This document shows positions 50,844-60,100 of a stretch of 64,000 nucleotides of DNA, piece by piece. Position 1 is the first letter of the stretch; each line of letters opens with the position of its first letter. The stretch lies in the NCBI GenBank assembly GCA_048938105.1, contig JBHLMN010000012.1, forward strand, positions 1 to 64,000. Reading direction: 5' to 3'. The notes below the pieces were generated by a model, which had not been told where the DNA came from, did not search any database, and was given only the letters and a program-made list of their open reading frames with translations. A program made the position numbers and the translations under genes. Origin of the DNA: Promethearchaeota archaeon (GTDB lineage Archaea; Asgardarchaeota; Heimdallarchaeia; Hodarchaeales; Hodarchaeaceae).

Positions 50844-51890
50844 TTAAGGATCTAGAGAATGAATTTTCCTTTCAGAGTCAACCAATCGTATTTTATGTTC
50901 TGAAACATCCTCCATCCTTCGACCCCGCCATGTCCAACTAAGATAATATTCACCTGATTGAGAGGTTAATCTAACAACAGCAGAATAAGCGAGTAAACTG
51001 AGGAGAAGAGACCGAATCCGTTCAAGATCAAGCTGCTTACTCACTTCTTTTTCAATCCTACTTTTATATCCAGGTTTTTTAATATGAATTGCTTCAATTC
51101 CTTCTTGAATCGCTGATTTGCATTGATCTTTATCATTAGTAATAAATAAAATAGGAAGACTCGTATTTTGACGAATGAAGTCAACTTCATAACGAATAAG
51201 GCTATCGTGAACAGCATTTAGAAAAGGACTTTGTTCAAGAACTTTAGGGGAGTGGAGGACATGACTTGGTTTTACAATAATAACTGGTGCCCACTTATGT
51301 AAAGCGTCAACTTCATAAGTACCTTTCAATCCAAGTCTTCCTCTTTCATTTGATAGACTGGTCATAAGATCAGGAGTATATTTACCAAATCTAGAATTCC
51401 AAAGGTCCGCTAAGAGTGGCCAAGTTTGAACTGCTTGTTCAAAGAAATTTTCCACATCGGATGGAAGGCGAGAGGAATAGGTAAAAGGTCTCATACTATG
51501 AATTTCATATTGAATTGAACGTGCAAACAAAACCAAAACTGGGACAATATCATGGGGGCTTACAGCTAATCTCTTAAGAAATTTTGTTAAGAATCCTGGA
51601 ATGATTAAGTTTGTATCAGGTGCAATCCCTTTTACTCGATGAGGAAGAGTTTCTCTCCTAACCCATTCTTCAAGCTCATTTTCAGATTCACTAAAAATCA
51701 AATCAGCTTCCCAGTAAAGATGAGCTAAATCATTCTTATTCCAATTGGGAGAAGAACAGATTTCTTTTCGGGTTTTATCATAACAGATTTGCAGATCAAC
51801 CCATTCCCAAGAGGATTCTTGAATGACATGGAATTTCCAACAGGGATTCTCCGAAAAACACTCATTGAGAAGATTAATAAGAAGCTTCAT
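50844..51890 (-). CDS. PIN-domain putative ribonuclease
   Basis: APDTNL, IQYEI, HDSLIRYE and LFITNDKDQ..A..EGI acidic tetrad. Confidence 0.65.
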   Translation of the reverse strand: MKLLINLLNECFSENPCWKFHVIQESSWEWVDLQICYDKTRKEICSSPNWNKNDLAHLYWEADLIFSESENELEEWVRRETLPHRVKGIAPDTNLIIPGFLTKFLKRLAVSPHDIVPVLVLFARSIQYEIHSMRPFTYSSRLPSDVENFFEQAVQTWPLLADLWNSRFGKYTPDLMTSLSNERGRLGLKGTYEVDALHKWAPVIIVKPSHVLHSPKVLEQSPFLNAVHDSLIRYEVDFIRQNTSLPILFITNDKDQCKSAIQEGIEAIHIKKPGYKSRIEKEVSKQLDLERIRSLLLSLLAYSAVVRLTSQSGEYYLSWTWRGRRMEDVSEHKIRLVDSERKIHSLDP

Positions 51891-52471
51891 TTACGAACCA
51901 TCCGAACATTGTCATCTAATTGTTCAAGTGAGGTAAAAATCGTTTCATAAGCATCGAAACCGAGTTCATAAAGCATTTTATTCAAATTATCAGGAGTAAA
52001 ACGTTTAAGCCAGTAATAGGCAATGTCATAAGAACAATTAGGTCTATTTTGCTTCAGGATAATAATACTTAACAAAGCTGAACCAGTCATAATCTTACGT
52101 CCTGCAGTTATGTCAAAAATTACACGATCGCCATCTTGAATAATCTTGTTTGCAGCTGAAACAATTAAAGGAACATTTGCACCAAGATCATGTTCGTAAA
52201 TATCTATCAACTCGTGATCTTGTGAGTGAATCCTAATATTTATTATTGATTGAAGTTTGTCAAGATTTCGAGTATTAGCTTGGAATCGTTCGATTACTTG
52301 ATTAATATCACTTGAAGTACGATCGGGAAACGGTTGGTCTTCTGAAGATCCTATGAAAAAATAACAATCAACTCTTATCCCCTCATCTAGTGTTAAAAGA
52401 TGAGATGCCATGGCATTAGCAACTGCTTGAGGAGTAGTACCAACAGTAAAAAACATTTTGATTGAACCCAT
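51887..52471 (-). CDS. Stand-alone CARF domain protein
   Basis: FFTVGTTPQAV and IFDITAGRKIMT (CARF motifs I and II). Confidence 0.8.
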   Translation of the reverse strand: MGSIKMFFTVGTTPQAVANAMASHLLTLDEGIRVDCYFFIGSSEDQPFPDRTSSDINQVIERFQANTRNLDKLQSIINIRIHSQDHELIDIYEHDLGANVPLIVSAANKIIQDGDRVIFDITAGRKIMTGSALLSIIILKQNRPNCSYDIAYYWLKRFTPDNLNKMLYELGFDAYETIFTSLEQLDDNVRMVRK

Positions 52472-52515
52472 TAAGGAACACCTTTATTTAATTGCTTAAA
52501 ACTATTAATCAATTC

Positions 52516-53193
52516 TTAAGGTAACGAAATAACAGTATCAACTTTTTTTTCAGGTAAATAGAATCGTCTTAACCCATATTCCTTTGCTAGAATGTATAAG
52601 GACAGCGTGTGGATTTTAGTTAAACCAGTAATGTCGGTAATAATGGAATAGTTTAAGATAATGTCATCAATGACTTGTTTCATTGTTTGGTAGGTCGGTT
52701 CAAACTCAAGTAAGGGAACCTCAATTAATTGAGCTTCTGAATGTATCCTTTGCAGATTTAACCAGTTGTCATCATTCTCCAAAATTTCAATAATTTCAGT
52801 TGTTGTAAAAATGAAAAGTGCTTTAAATGCCCATCCGTGAGACTTTAATCTCTCAATAGACTGATTTAACTGTAATCCTGAATTTTTCTTGCCAACCATA
52901 CCTAAATATGCATATTTTTGTGTATTTTCGAAATATCGTCTTGCTCGTTCGATAAAACGCGGTGAGATACGAAGATAAATGGCTTTAGTTCCAGGTTGTT
53001 TTTCTTTAACTACGATATTACTTTCTAGTAGTATATTAAGATGATGGCGGGCGTTAGTTTCAGATATTTTTAGATAATCAATATATAATGATTTGAAATC
53101 AGTTAAACCTTGATTAAGTAACGTTTCAACAAATTTCTTTCGTGTTGCTTCTTTTAGTGATTCCACGAAAATGGTATAAGGTGGATCATCCAT
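52516..53193 (-). CDS. wHTH-CARF transcriptional regulator (Csa3-like, reversed domain order)
   Basis: ArsR-like HTH (ISETNARHHLNILLESNIV); CARF motifs YLGMVG and ITDITGLTKIHT. Confidence 0.78.
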   Translation of the reverse strand: MDDPPYTIFVESLKEATRKKFVETLLNQGLTDFKSLYIDYLKISETNARHHLNILLESNIVVKEKQPGTKAIYLRISPRFIERARRYFENTQKYAYLGMVGKKNSGLQLNQSIERLKSHGWAFKALFIFTTTEIIEILENDDNWLNLQRIHSEAQLIEVPLLEFEPTYQTMKQVIDDIILNYSIITDITGLTKIHTLSLYILAKEYGLRRFYLPEKKVDTVISLP

Positions 53194-53233
53194 TTTCCTT
53201 CACTAGAATATGATATCATTTTTCCCTTTATAA

Positions 53234-53299
53234 TATATTCGCTATATACACTAGCGAATATAATAATATTTATATACGCTATATACAATAGAGTATATG
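53234..53299. promoter_or_regulatory. Tandem palindromic operator in the divergent promoter
   Basis: Perfect TATATTCGCTA-N7-TAGCGAATATA (53234-53262) and a second copy TATATACGCTA-N7-TAGAGTATATG (53271-53299), period 37 bp. Confidence 0.75.
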
Positions 53300-53318
53300 G
53301 AGAAAGGGATTAAGAAAT

Positions 53319-54248
53319 ATGATTGGAAATAAGGCAAATAGAATTTTCATTGAAAATAAGCATTGTAATGAGCCTTTACATAACATAGAAAGAGGGGATG
53401 TCTCACAAAAACTCATAAGTGTGAATTATCATCTGACAAACGCCTGTAATTATCAATGTAGATTCTGTTTTGCGCGATTTCCTCAATCACATAAAATCTT
53501 GCCATTAAAGAAAGCAAAAAAGCTAGTAACACAGCTCTCAATGCATGGAACTAAAAAAATAACGTTTGTAGGGGGAGAGCCCCTTCTTTATCCACAGTTA
53601 GGGGAATTAATCCGTTATACGAAAAACTACAATATTACTACAATGATAATAACCAATGGATCACTTTTAGATTGTGTATATTTAGAATTATATGAAAAGT
53701 ATATAGATTGGATCGGCTTTAGCCTCGATTCAAGTATTGATGTGGTTAATGATACACTTGGGCGTCGCCTAAAAAATAGTCGAAAACAGAATTTAACCCA
53801 TATTCAACGTGTTCGTTCTTTGGTACCCACCGTAAAAAATTTGGGAATTAATGTAAAAATAAATACTGTAGTAACATCGTTGAACTGGCAGGAAGATATG
53901 AACTGGTTAATCAAGGAATTAAAACCAGATCGATGGAAAGTATTCCAGGTTCTAAAAATCGATGGAGAGAATGATAGGGATATCAGCCCTTTACTGATCA
54001 CACCAAGACAATTTCAACATTTTATCTTTCGTCATCAAAATTGTAACCCAAATAAAGAATCCAATGACGCAATGATGGGCAGCTACATCATGATAGATCC
54101 ATTAGGCAGATTTTTTGATAATACAAATGGGTACCTTACTTTTAGTCGTCCGATTCTTGAGGTTGGAGTAGAAAAAGCATTTAGTGACATACAGTTCTCA
54201 TTAAAAAAATTTTATCAACGAGGTGGGCATTATAATTGGGACACTTGA
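53319..54248 (+). CDS. Viperin (RSAD2-like radical SAM antiviral enzyme)
   Basis: SVNYHLTNACNYQCRFCF, KITFVGGEP, KINTV, RWKVFQVL, SYIMIDPLGRFFDN and FYQRGGHYNW. Confidence 0.93.
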   Translation: MIGNKANRIFIENKHCNEPLHNIERGDVSQKLISVNYHLTNACNYQCRFCFARFPQSHKILPLKKAKKLVTQLSMHGTKKITFVGGEPLLYPQLGELIRYTKNYNITTMIITNGSLLDCVYLELYEKYIDWIGFSLDSSIDVVNDTLGRRLKNSRKQNLTHIQRVRSLVPTVKNLGINVKINTVVTSLNWQEDMNWLIKELKPDRWKVFQVLKIDGENDRDISPLLITPRQFQHFIFRHQNCNPNKESNDAMMGSYIMIDPLGRFFDNTNGYLTFSRPILEVGVEKAFSDIQFSLKKFYQRGGHYNWDT

Positions 54249-54278
54249 CCAAAAAGAATCTTTTAAGCAGGTAAAAAG

Positions 54279-54413
54279 ATGATAAAAAAATCAGGAAAAA
54301 AAATTATGGCGAAAGAAGCAGCTACTAGAATATAGTCTCATACAGATCGTACAGGACGGACTCAGCAGTTCAAAGCCCAAGTTCAAAGAGCTGTGAGTAA
54401 AAAACGGAAATAA
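54279..54413 (+). pseudogene. Small basic protein (EAAxRIQS-type, SMP-like) with internal stop
   Basis: MIKKSGKKIMAKEAATRI*SHTDRTGRTQQFKAQVQRAVSKKRK; TAG where CAG is expected. Confidence 0.4.
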
Positions 54414-54432
54414 GACGAATTTTCGTCTTATT
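54409..54432 (+). terminator. Inverted repeat, possible terminator or processing hairpin
   Basis: aataagacgaa-tt-ttcgtcttatt. Confidence 0.45.
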
Positions 54433-54564
54433 CTCCATTTCAATGATAAAATCTAATCTTAAATACATCATCAAGAGATAAATTTCAAGTTTCTCTTACT
54501 AATAGAGAAATATAGAGATATATTTAAAAGAAAAATGGCATTTAAATTATTTTATTAGAGGAGA

Positions 54565-57357
54565 TTGAGAGAAGTCTTGTCTTATCTTTACTATGAGAAC
54601 TTTTCTGATGTGATGACTAAAGATCAAGCAAGAGCTATAATGTGGGGGATTTACGATAATTTAAAACCATATTTCGGATTTATTGAATCAATAATGAGAG
54701 TTGCAAGTAGAAAGGTGTTATCAGTTGAGGTAGAACCTTTCCCATTAGAAGATCTCATCTCTGAAGAACTATTTGAGATAATTGATGAATCAAAGATTAC
54801 CAAAAAAGAGGAAATATTGAGTCTTTTAAATCAAGAAGAGATAAGGAAAAAATTTGATCGTCAATTAAAATGGATCATTAAACTTGTACAAGAAGAAAAA
54901 GGAGCCCTATACAGAATTATTGATGATCCTGATGATGAGAAGATTGATAGAACAAAAGATGAATTTTTGGCCGCTGAAGAAGTTTATTTAACGAGTAAAG
55001 TAAGGGATGCGAGACGAATTGAGGTATTAACAAGCTATTCCCCTTATGATATTATTGTATTCAAAAAAAAGTGGTTACCAGAAAAAGAAGGAAAATTCAA
55101 GATCTATCTTAGATCTAATCTATACCAATTACAAATGATCTTGGATTCTTTACGGATCCTACAAAATAGACCAATGGATTACAATCGAAATTTAGTTAGA
55201 TTGATGGAAAATATTAATCATGTCCAATTTGACGATTTAGAGAATTTTAAAATAGCTGATAAAGAATGGATGTTCCTTAGCGATCCCAATCGTGAGGGTA
55301 CGAAAGTTCAAAGAGAATTTGTGGAAATTAGCTTAGCCACTCCAGATTTTGCATTATTAGAAGGACCTCCAGGCTCAGGAAAGACAACAACAATCTGTGA
55401 AATAATTTGTCAAGCAATAAAAAGGGGACAAAGAGTTCTATTGGTTGCCTCGACACATGTAGCCGTTGACAACGTCTTAGAAAAACTAATGGATGAAAAT
55501 TCTCATTATTTTAGTGAAATAAAACGAACCGTATTACCGATTCGAATAGGAAGATCAGAACGGATATCTGATTTAGCAACAAAATATCATGCAGAGACAT
55601 TTTGGGAGTCTGAACGAAAAAGATTACGCAGAAGATTGGAACAATTTAAGGAAAGAACAGAGTCTCAAGAAGAAATGTTAAAACTTCTGAGATCATCGGA
55701 AAAACTGATTAATATTCATATGAAAAATGTATTTATTCGTGCAGCAAACTTAGTTTGTGGAACAACCATTGGCATTTTGCGCCATCCTGAAATTTACAGG
55801 ATCAGACGAGGAGGAACAACTCTTTTACCTTATGATCTTTTGATTTTAGATGAAGCGAGTAAAACAACATTTCAAGAATTTCTTGTTCCATCATTAGTAG
55901 CAGGTCGATTTATAATTGTTGGGGATATACGTCAATTATCCCCATTTGTTGATGAGGAGGGAGTTGTATCTAATTTACAAGAAATTTCAGTTTCGGAAGC
56001 TTATTGGGTAACATTAATTAACAATATTAGAAATTCTGAAAAAGTTAACAAAGGAAATAAATACATTGTTCAATTAAAAGAAAATTTAACTGAAAAAGAA
56101 GTGAAAATCATCAAAGAGCTAATACCAAATGATATACCTTGGATATTGCTTTCAGAAGAAAAAAAAGTGGATTCTTTACAATTATTAGGATCTACAATTA
56201 TCATTGGGACACTTAATTCTTTAATTCTACATGAAAAAATGTTACCTCTCAATGTAAATTGGATGAATGATCAAGAAAATTCCATACTCAGTCCATTAAA
56301 TAAAAAATCAGTTCTTCAATCTTTGGACACTTGGCAAAGGAGTTTAAAAGCCTGTAAACAAATGAAACCACCTATAAGCGAAAAGTATGCAAATGATGAG
56401 CAATTTGAAGAAGCAATTGGATGGCGACTAATCCGTGATTATGAGCTTAGATTAATAAAGGATAATCGATATAGAGAGGAAATTGAAAACCTCATCCCAC
56501 AAAATTGGTCTAATGAAGAAAAGAATAATTTTCGATCAATCTTAAACGGTCTGAAACGATTAGCTTTTCCATCAATTATTGAATTGTTACAGAAAGGTTT
56601 TGAACGAAGTTATATACAGAAAGAAAGAGATCTAGGTTCCTGTCTGACAGATGGAATTCCTAGAGTTTTTTTAAATAAAAGACATAGAATTTTGCAGTAT
56701 CAACATAGGATGCATCCAGAGATTTCTGAATTTCCAAGAAAACAGTTTTACAATGATGAAGCCCTTAAAGATATTCCTGGATTAGAGCATGAGCGAGAAT
56801 TAAATTTCAAGAATTATCAACATGCCATATTATGGATTGATGTACCAAGAAAAAAACTAAAACCGAGTATGGTGAAGATTAAAAGTAGGAGGCAATTTAA
56901 AAATAGTAATGAAGATGAAGCTAATGTAATAATATCTGAGCTTAAAGATTTATTAAATCCAAGAAAACTCATTCCAAGACAAGATGGAAGACCTTGGGAG
57001 ATAGCAATACTTCCATTTTATAAAGGCCAGGAACGGTTAATCAGGTTCAAACTTCAAAGATTATTTAGTTCAAACCGAAAACGAACATTTTTCAACAAAA
57101 ATCGAACAGTACGGGTTGAATTATGTGTTGTAGATCGATTCCAAGGGCATGAAGCTGATATTGTTTTTTTATCTTTAGTACGTAATAGCGGGGTGGGATT
57201 TCTAGATACACCTAATCGATTAAATGTCGCACTCACACGACCGCGTTACCAACGTATTATTGTTGGAAATCGTTTACATTTCATTCGACAAGGCCGATCT
57301 GAGTTATTACGAAATTTAGCTGAAGAAACTCCTTATAAGAGATATTATCGGGGTTAA
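54565..57357 (+). CDS. Superfamily 1 helicase (Upf1/DNA2-like, AAA_11/AAA_12)
   Basis: EGPPGSGKTT, STHVAVDN, ILDEAS, VGDIRQL, QHRMHP, VDRFQGHE and NRLNVALTR. Confidence 0.93.
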   Translation: MREVLSYLYYENFSDVMTKDQARAIMWGIYDNLKPYFGFIESIMRVASRKVLSVEVEPFPLEDLISEELFEIIDESKITKKEEILSLLNQEEIRKKFDRQLKWIIKLVQEEKGALYRIIDDPDDEKIDRTKDEFLAAEEVYLTSKVRDARRIEVLTSYSPYDIIVFKKKWLPEKEGKFKIYLRSNLYQLQMILDSLRILQNRPMDYNRNLVRLMENINHVQFDDLENFKIADKEWMFLSDPNREGTKVQREFVEISLATPDFALLEGPPGSGKTTTICEIICQAIKRGQRVLLVASTHVAVDNVLEKLMDENSHYFSEIKRTVLPIRIGRSERISDLATKYHAETFWESERKRLRRRLEQFKERTESQEEMLKLLRSSEKLINIHMKNVFIRAANLVCGTTIGILRHPEIYRIRRGGTTLLPYDLLILDEASKTTFQEFLVPSLVAGRFIIVGDIRQLSPFVDEEGVVSNLQEISVSEAYWVTLINNIRNSEKVNKGNKYIVQLKENLTEKEVKIIKELIPNDIPWILLSEEKKVDSLQLLGSTIIIGTLNSLILHEKMLPLNVNWMNDQENSILSPLNKKSVLQSLDTWQRSLKACKQMKPPISEKYANDEQFEEAIGWRLIRDYELRLIKDNRYREEIENLIPQNWSNEEKNNFRSILNGLKRLAFPSIIELLQKGFERSYIQKERDLGSCLTDGIPRVFLNKRHRILQYQHRMHPEISEFPRKQFYNDEALKDIPGLEHERELNFKNYQHAILWIDVPRKKLKPSMVKIKSRRQFKNSNEDEANVIISELKDLLNPRKLIPRQDGRPWEIAILPFYKGQERLIRFKLQRLFSSNRKRTFFNKNRTVRVELCVVDRFQGHEADIVFLSLVRNSGVGFLDTPNRLNVALTRPRYQRIIVGNRLHFIRQGRSELLRNLAEETPYKRYYRG

Positions 57358-57359
57358 AA

Positions 57360-58454
57360 ATGAAGATAACATTAAAAAGAAGGGTGGAGGTATTATCTTA
57401 TGCAGTTCAGATGACAATATTCGAAGAGGAGGATAGACCAGAAATCATTCCACTTCTAAGGACTTTATCAGAAGCCAATGAAACCAACATAAATGTAATC
57501 GAATATCTGCAGAATAATATTTTCATAGACCTTCCTGTTGCTTTTATAAAGAACATTCTTATTGAATTAAGATTGATGGGGTTAATTTTAGAGGATAATA
57601 CTCTTTCAAACAGAGGTAAACAAACATTAGAGAAAGGAGAGGTGATGGTACCTCGTACAGGGCCTTATAGAGTCGATATAGTTGACGATCCTCTAATCAA
57701 ACAAGTTATTATAGATTATAATCCTTTGAATCTAAGTCTAAAAGACGATTTATTTTCACAAGACGATGACTCGAGACAAACAATAGAAATTCCCGATTTT
57801 TTGAGTAATACGATAGATACTCGCGTAAGTACTATTGAAAACAACTCGCGAACAATAGATATCAAGGAAATCCAAGAAAGAGGTTCAAAATTACATAGCA
57901 AACATCAACTAGAAATTACTCTTCAATTTTTGAATAGCTATACTCAGCTTATAGTAAATTATAGAAATCATACAAGAACACTTGAACTCCCTTCAAATTT
58001 TAATGAAAATAAACTCATTGATCGTTTATTAACCTCAATATCATCAGAAGCAGATCTAACTAGATGGCGAATCGAGCAATCTCCAGAATCATTAACTATT
58101 ACAGAACTAAGTCGGTTCAAAAAAAATTTCAATCTGCCCTCATTTGAAATTGAAGAATTGGGTTATTTTTCCTTTGTCACATTACAAGACATTGAGATCT
58201 ACCCTGATAACGATCAAAGTGCACGACAATGGGCAATTGATCTATTTCTTGAAGAGTTATCAGATTATGTGATTAATAAGAGATATCTTGATTTATGGAA
58301 TGATCTAATCTACAAATATCCAGTATTGGGGGAGTATGAGTATGTAATTCCAACGCTTAAAGAACTTTGGTCTGGTGTACAATTTGGATCTCAGAAATAT
58401 TGGTTCTTACGAGCAGGAACAGATATGAGACTTGGGGAGGTAATTCAAGAATGA
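57360..58454 (+). CDS. Hypothetical protein in the helicase-PLD operon (N-terminal wHTH-like)
   Basis: Tightly coupled to both neighbours; ELRLMGLI...LSNRG. Confidence 0.7.
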   Translation: MKITLKRRVEVLSYAVQMTIFEEEDRPEIIPLLRTLSEANETNINVIEYLQNNIFIDLPVAFIKNILIELRLMGLILEDNTLSNRGKQTLEKGEVMVPRTGPYRVDIVDDPLIKQVIIDYNPLNLSLKDDLFSQDDDSRQTIEIPDFLSNTIDTRVSTIENNSRTIDIKEIQERGSKLHSKHQLEITLQFLNSYTQLIVNYRNHTRTLELPSNFNENKLIDRLLTSISSEADLTRWRIEQSPESLTITELSRFKKNFNLPSFEIEELGYFSFVTLQDIEIYPDNDQSARQWAIDLFLEELSDYVINKRYLDLWNDLIYKYPVLGEYEYVIPTLKELWSGVQFGSQKYWFLRAGTDMRLGEVIQE

Positions 58455-59980
58455 TTGAAAGGTATGAAAAAGATTTTTCAAAACAGTTAAACACAAATAT
58501 CCCACCACATTGGCGAGTTAGGGAAACTGAATCATATAAAAGACAACCCACCACAAAGCGAATCGTAGCAATAGGGGGAGGAGATAACCGTTTTCGGTCA
58601 TTACTGATTAATGCAATTAAAGAAGCTCAGCATACTATCATGCTTTGTTCATTTATATTGAGCGATGAACAGATAATTGAGGAGATCTTAGGAGCTGCTG
58701 ATCGCGAAGTCCGATGCTATTTGATGTTTTCTACTGAAACACAGTTAAAAAAGGAGTACCGCGAAGACATGACAGAGTTTGATCAAAAGACACTTGATGC
58801 TCATAAAAAAATGCTTGACCAACTAGTAGGAAAAGCATTAGCTCGTACAAATGAACATTTACATGCTAAATTTTTACTGATTGATTATAGTTTTCCCTCA
58901 CAAAAAGGGTTCATAAGTACTGCTAATTTTACATATGAAGCATTAACACGAAATCAAGAAATTGGGATTATTCTTACAGAAAAAGAAATCAATGAAGTTT
59001 TTGAATTTTTTAGATTTGGATTTTGGTCCGAAAGTAATCAAGAATTATTACGGATTAGGAGTTGGGATGATGTTAAGAGAGAACATATCAATGTAAACAA
59101 TAATTATTTAAGGATCAGGACAACAACTGTTCAAAATCAGGGAATTAAAAATGAAATTTTTAATTGTATCAAAAACGCACGTGGTTCGCTGATTGTTGCA
59201 AGCTATGGATTCGATGTTGACCATGAAGTAGCAGAAGCTTTGTATCAAAAAGCACAAACAAACGAACTCACTATAATAACACGTCCTAGGGACAGAAACA
59301 TGCCATTTATCGAAAAACTCTCAAATTCAGGAGCAACCATATTCAGTTTCAACTTCTTACATGCAAAATTCATTTATGCTCCGAAAGAAAAATATGGATT
59401 TATCATGACAGCAAATATCGAACCTCGTGGATTAGATACTGGTTATGAAGTTGGAATATTGCTAAATGAGGAGGATTACTCTGAACTTAATGTGATCATC
59501 AATGAATGGCTCAAACATGCTCCTTTGAAGTGGGAAAAAGGTGGAAATGTGCAAATCCTATCTCCAGGAAAAATATTGATACCAAATGGAAAGGAATCCG
59601 AAGAAAAAGAAATCATTCTTGAGTATTCTCTGCCAATTGAAGAAGAGTCTCCACCAGACCTTTTCAAAATGAAGAAACTAATGGAATCTCCCCCTAGAAT
59701 CCCTGAAAAAGTACCAGGATTATTACCCAAAGTAATAAAAGTAAAAAAGATTATTAATCCTCCAATTTTACCTAAAAATGCTGTGAAGATTGATGCAAAT
59801 GAATATTGGAGAAATACATCAAGTAAAGCAGAGTTGAAAAAGAAAAAGATTAAGAAATTTCCTATAACAGTTTATAAACTAAAAAATAATTATTATGGGA
59901 TCATTAAATCGTGGAAGGAATTTGAGAAGGTGAATAATCATCCCGATCTACCAAAAAATATTATATTCATTTCGGAATAA
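58451..59980 (+). CDS. Phospholipase D-family nuclease (two HxK motifs)
   Basis: HLHAKFLLID...STANFT and LHAKFI...TANIE; ATGA overlap and GGAGG RBS favour start 58451. Confidence 0.88.
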   Translation: MIERYEKDFSKQLNTNIPPHWRVRETESYKRQPTTKRIVAIGGGDNRFRSLLINAIKEAQHTIMLCSFILSDEQIIEEILGAADREVRCYLMFSTETQLKKEYREDMTEFDQKTLDAHKKMLDQLVGKALARTNEHLHAKFLLIDYSFPSQKGFISTANFTYEALTRNQEIGIILTEKEINEVFEFFRFGFWSESNQELLRIRSWDDVKREHINVNNNYLRIRTTTVQNQGIKNEIFNCIKNARGSLIVASYGFDVDHEVAEALYQKAQTNELTIITRPRDRNMPFIEKLSNSGATIFSFNFLHAKFIYAPKEKYGFIMTANIEPRGLDTGYEVGILLNEEDYSELNVIINEWLKHAPLKWEKGGNVQILSPGKILIPNGKESEEKEIILEYSLPIEEESPPDLFKMKKLMESPPRIPEKVPGLLPKVIKVKKIINPPILPKNAVKIDANEYWRNTSSKAELKKKKIKKFPITVYKLKNNYYGIIKSWKEFEKVNNHPDLPKNIIFISE

Positions 59981-60100
59981 CCAATACACTTTGTTTAAAT
60001 AATACAAAGTATAAGTTTGAACCAATTTCACAATGTGTAAAGAATAAGATATTTTTATAAGATTTAAACGAAAAATATTATGCAAAAAAAATATTGTTAA

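Noticed and set aside
53391-53420. Possible frameshift at the viperin start (out-of-frame ATG 53398 before an A5 run)
   Set aside because: An open in-frame start exists at 53319, so there is no need to invoke a frameshift; reads would settle it.
21444-54335. Stop-codon reassignment to explain in-frame stops
   Set aside because: The internal stops are of all three types (TAA, TGA, TAG) and all three terminate intact genes here; pseudogenisation is simpler.
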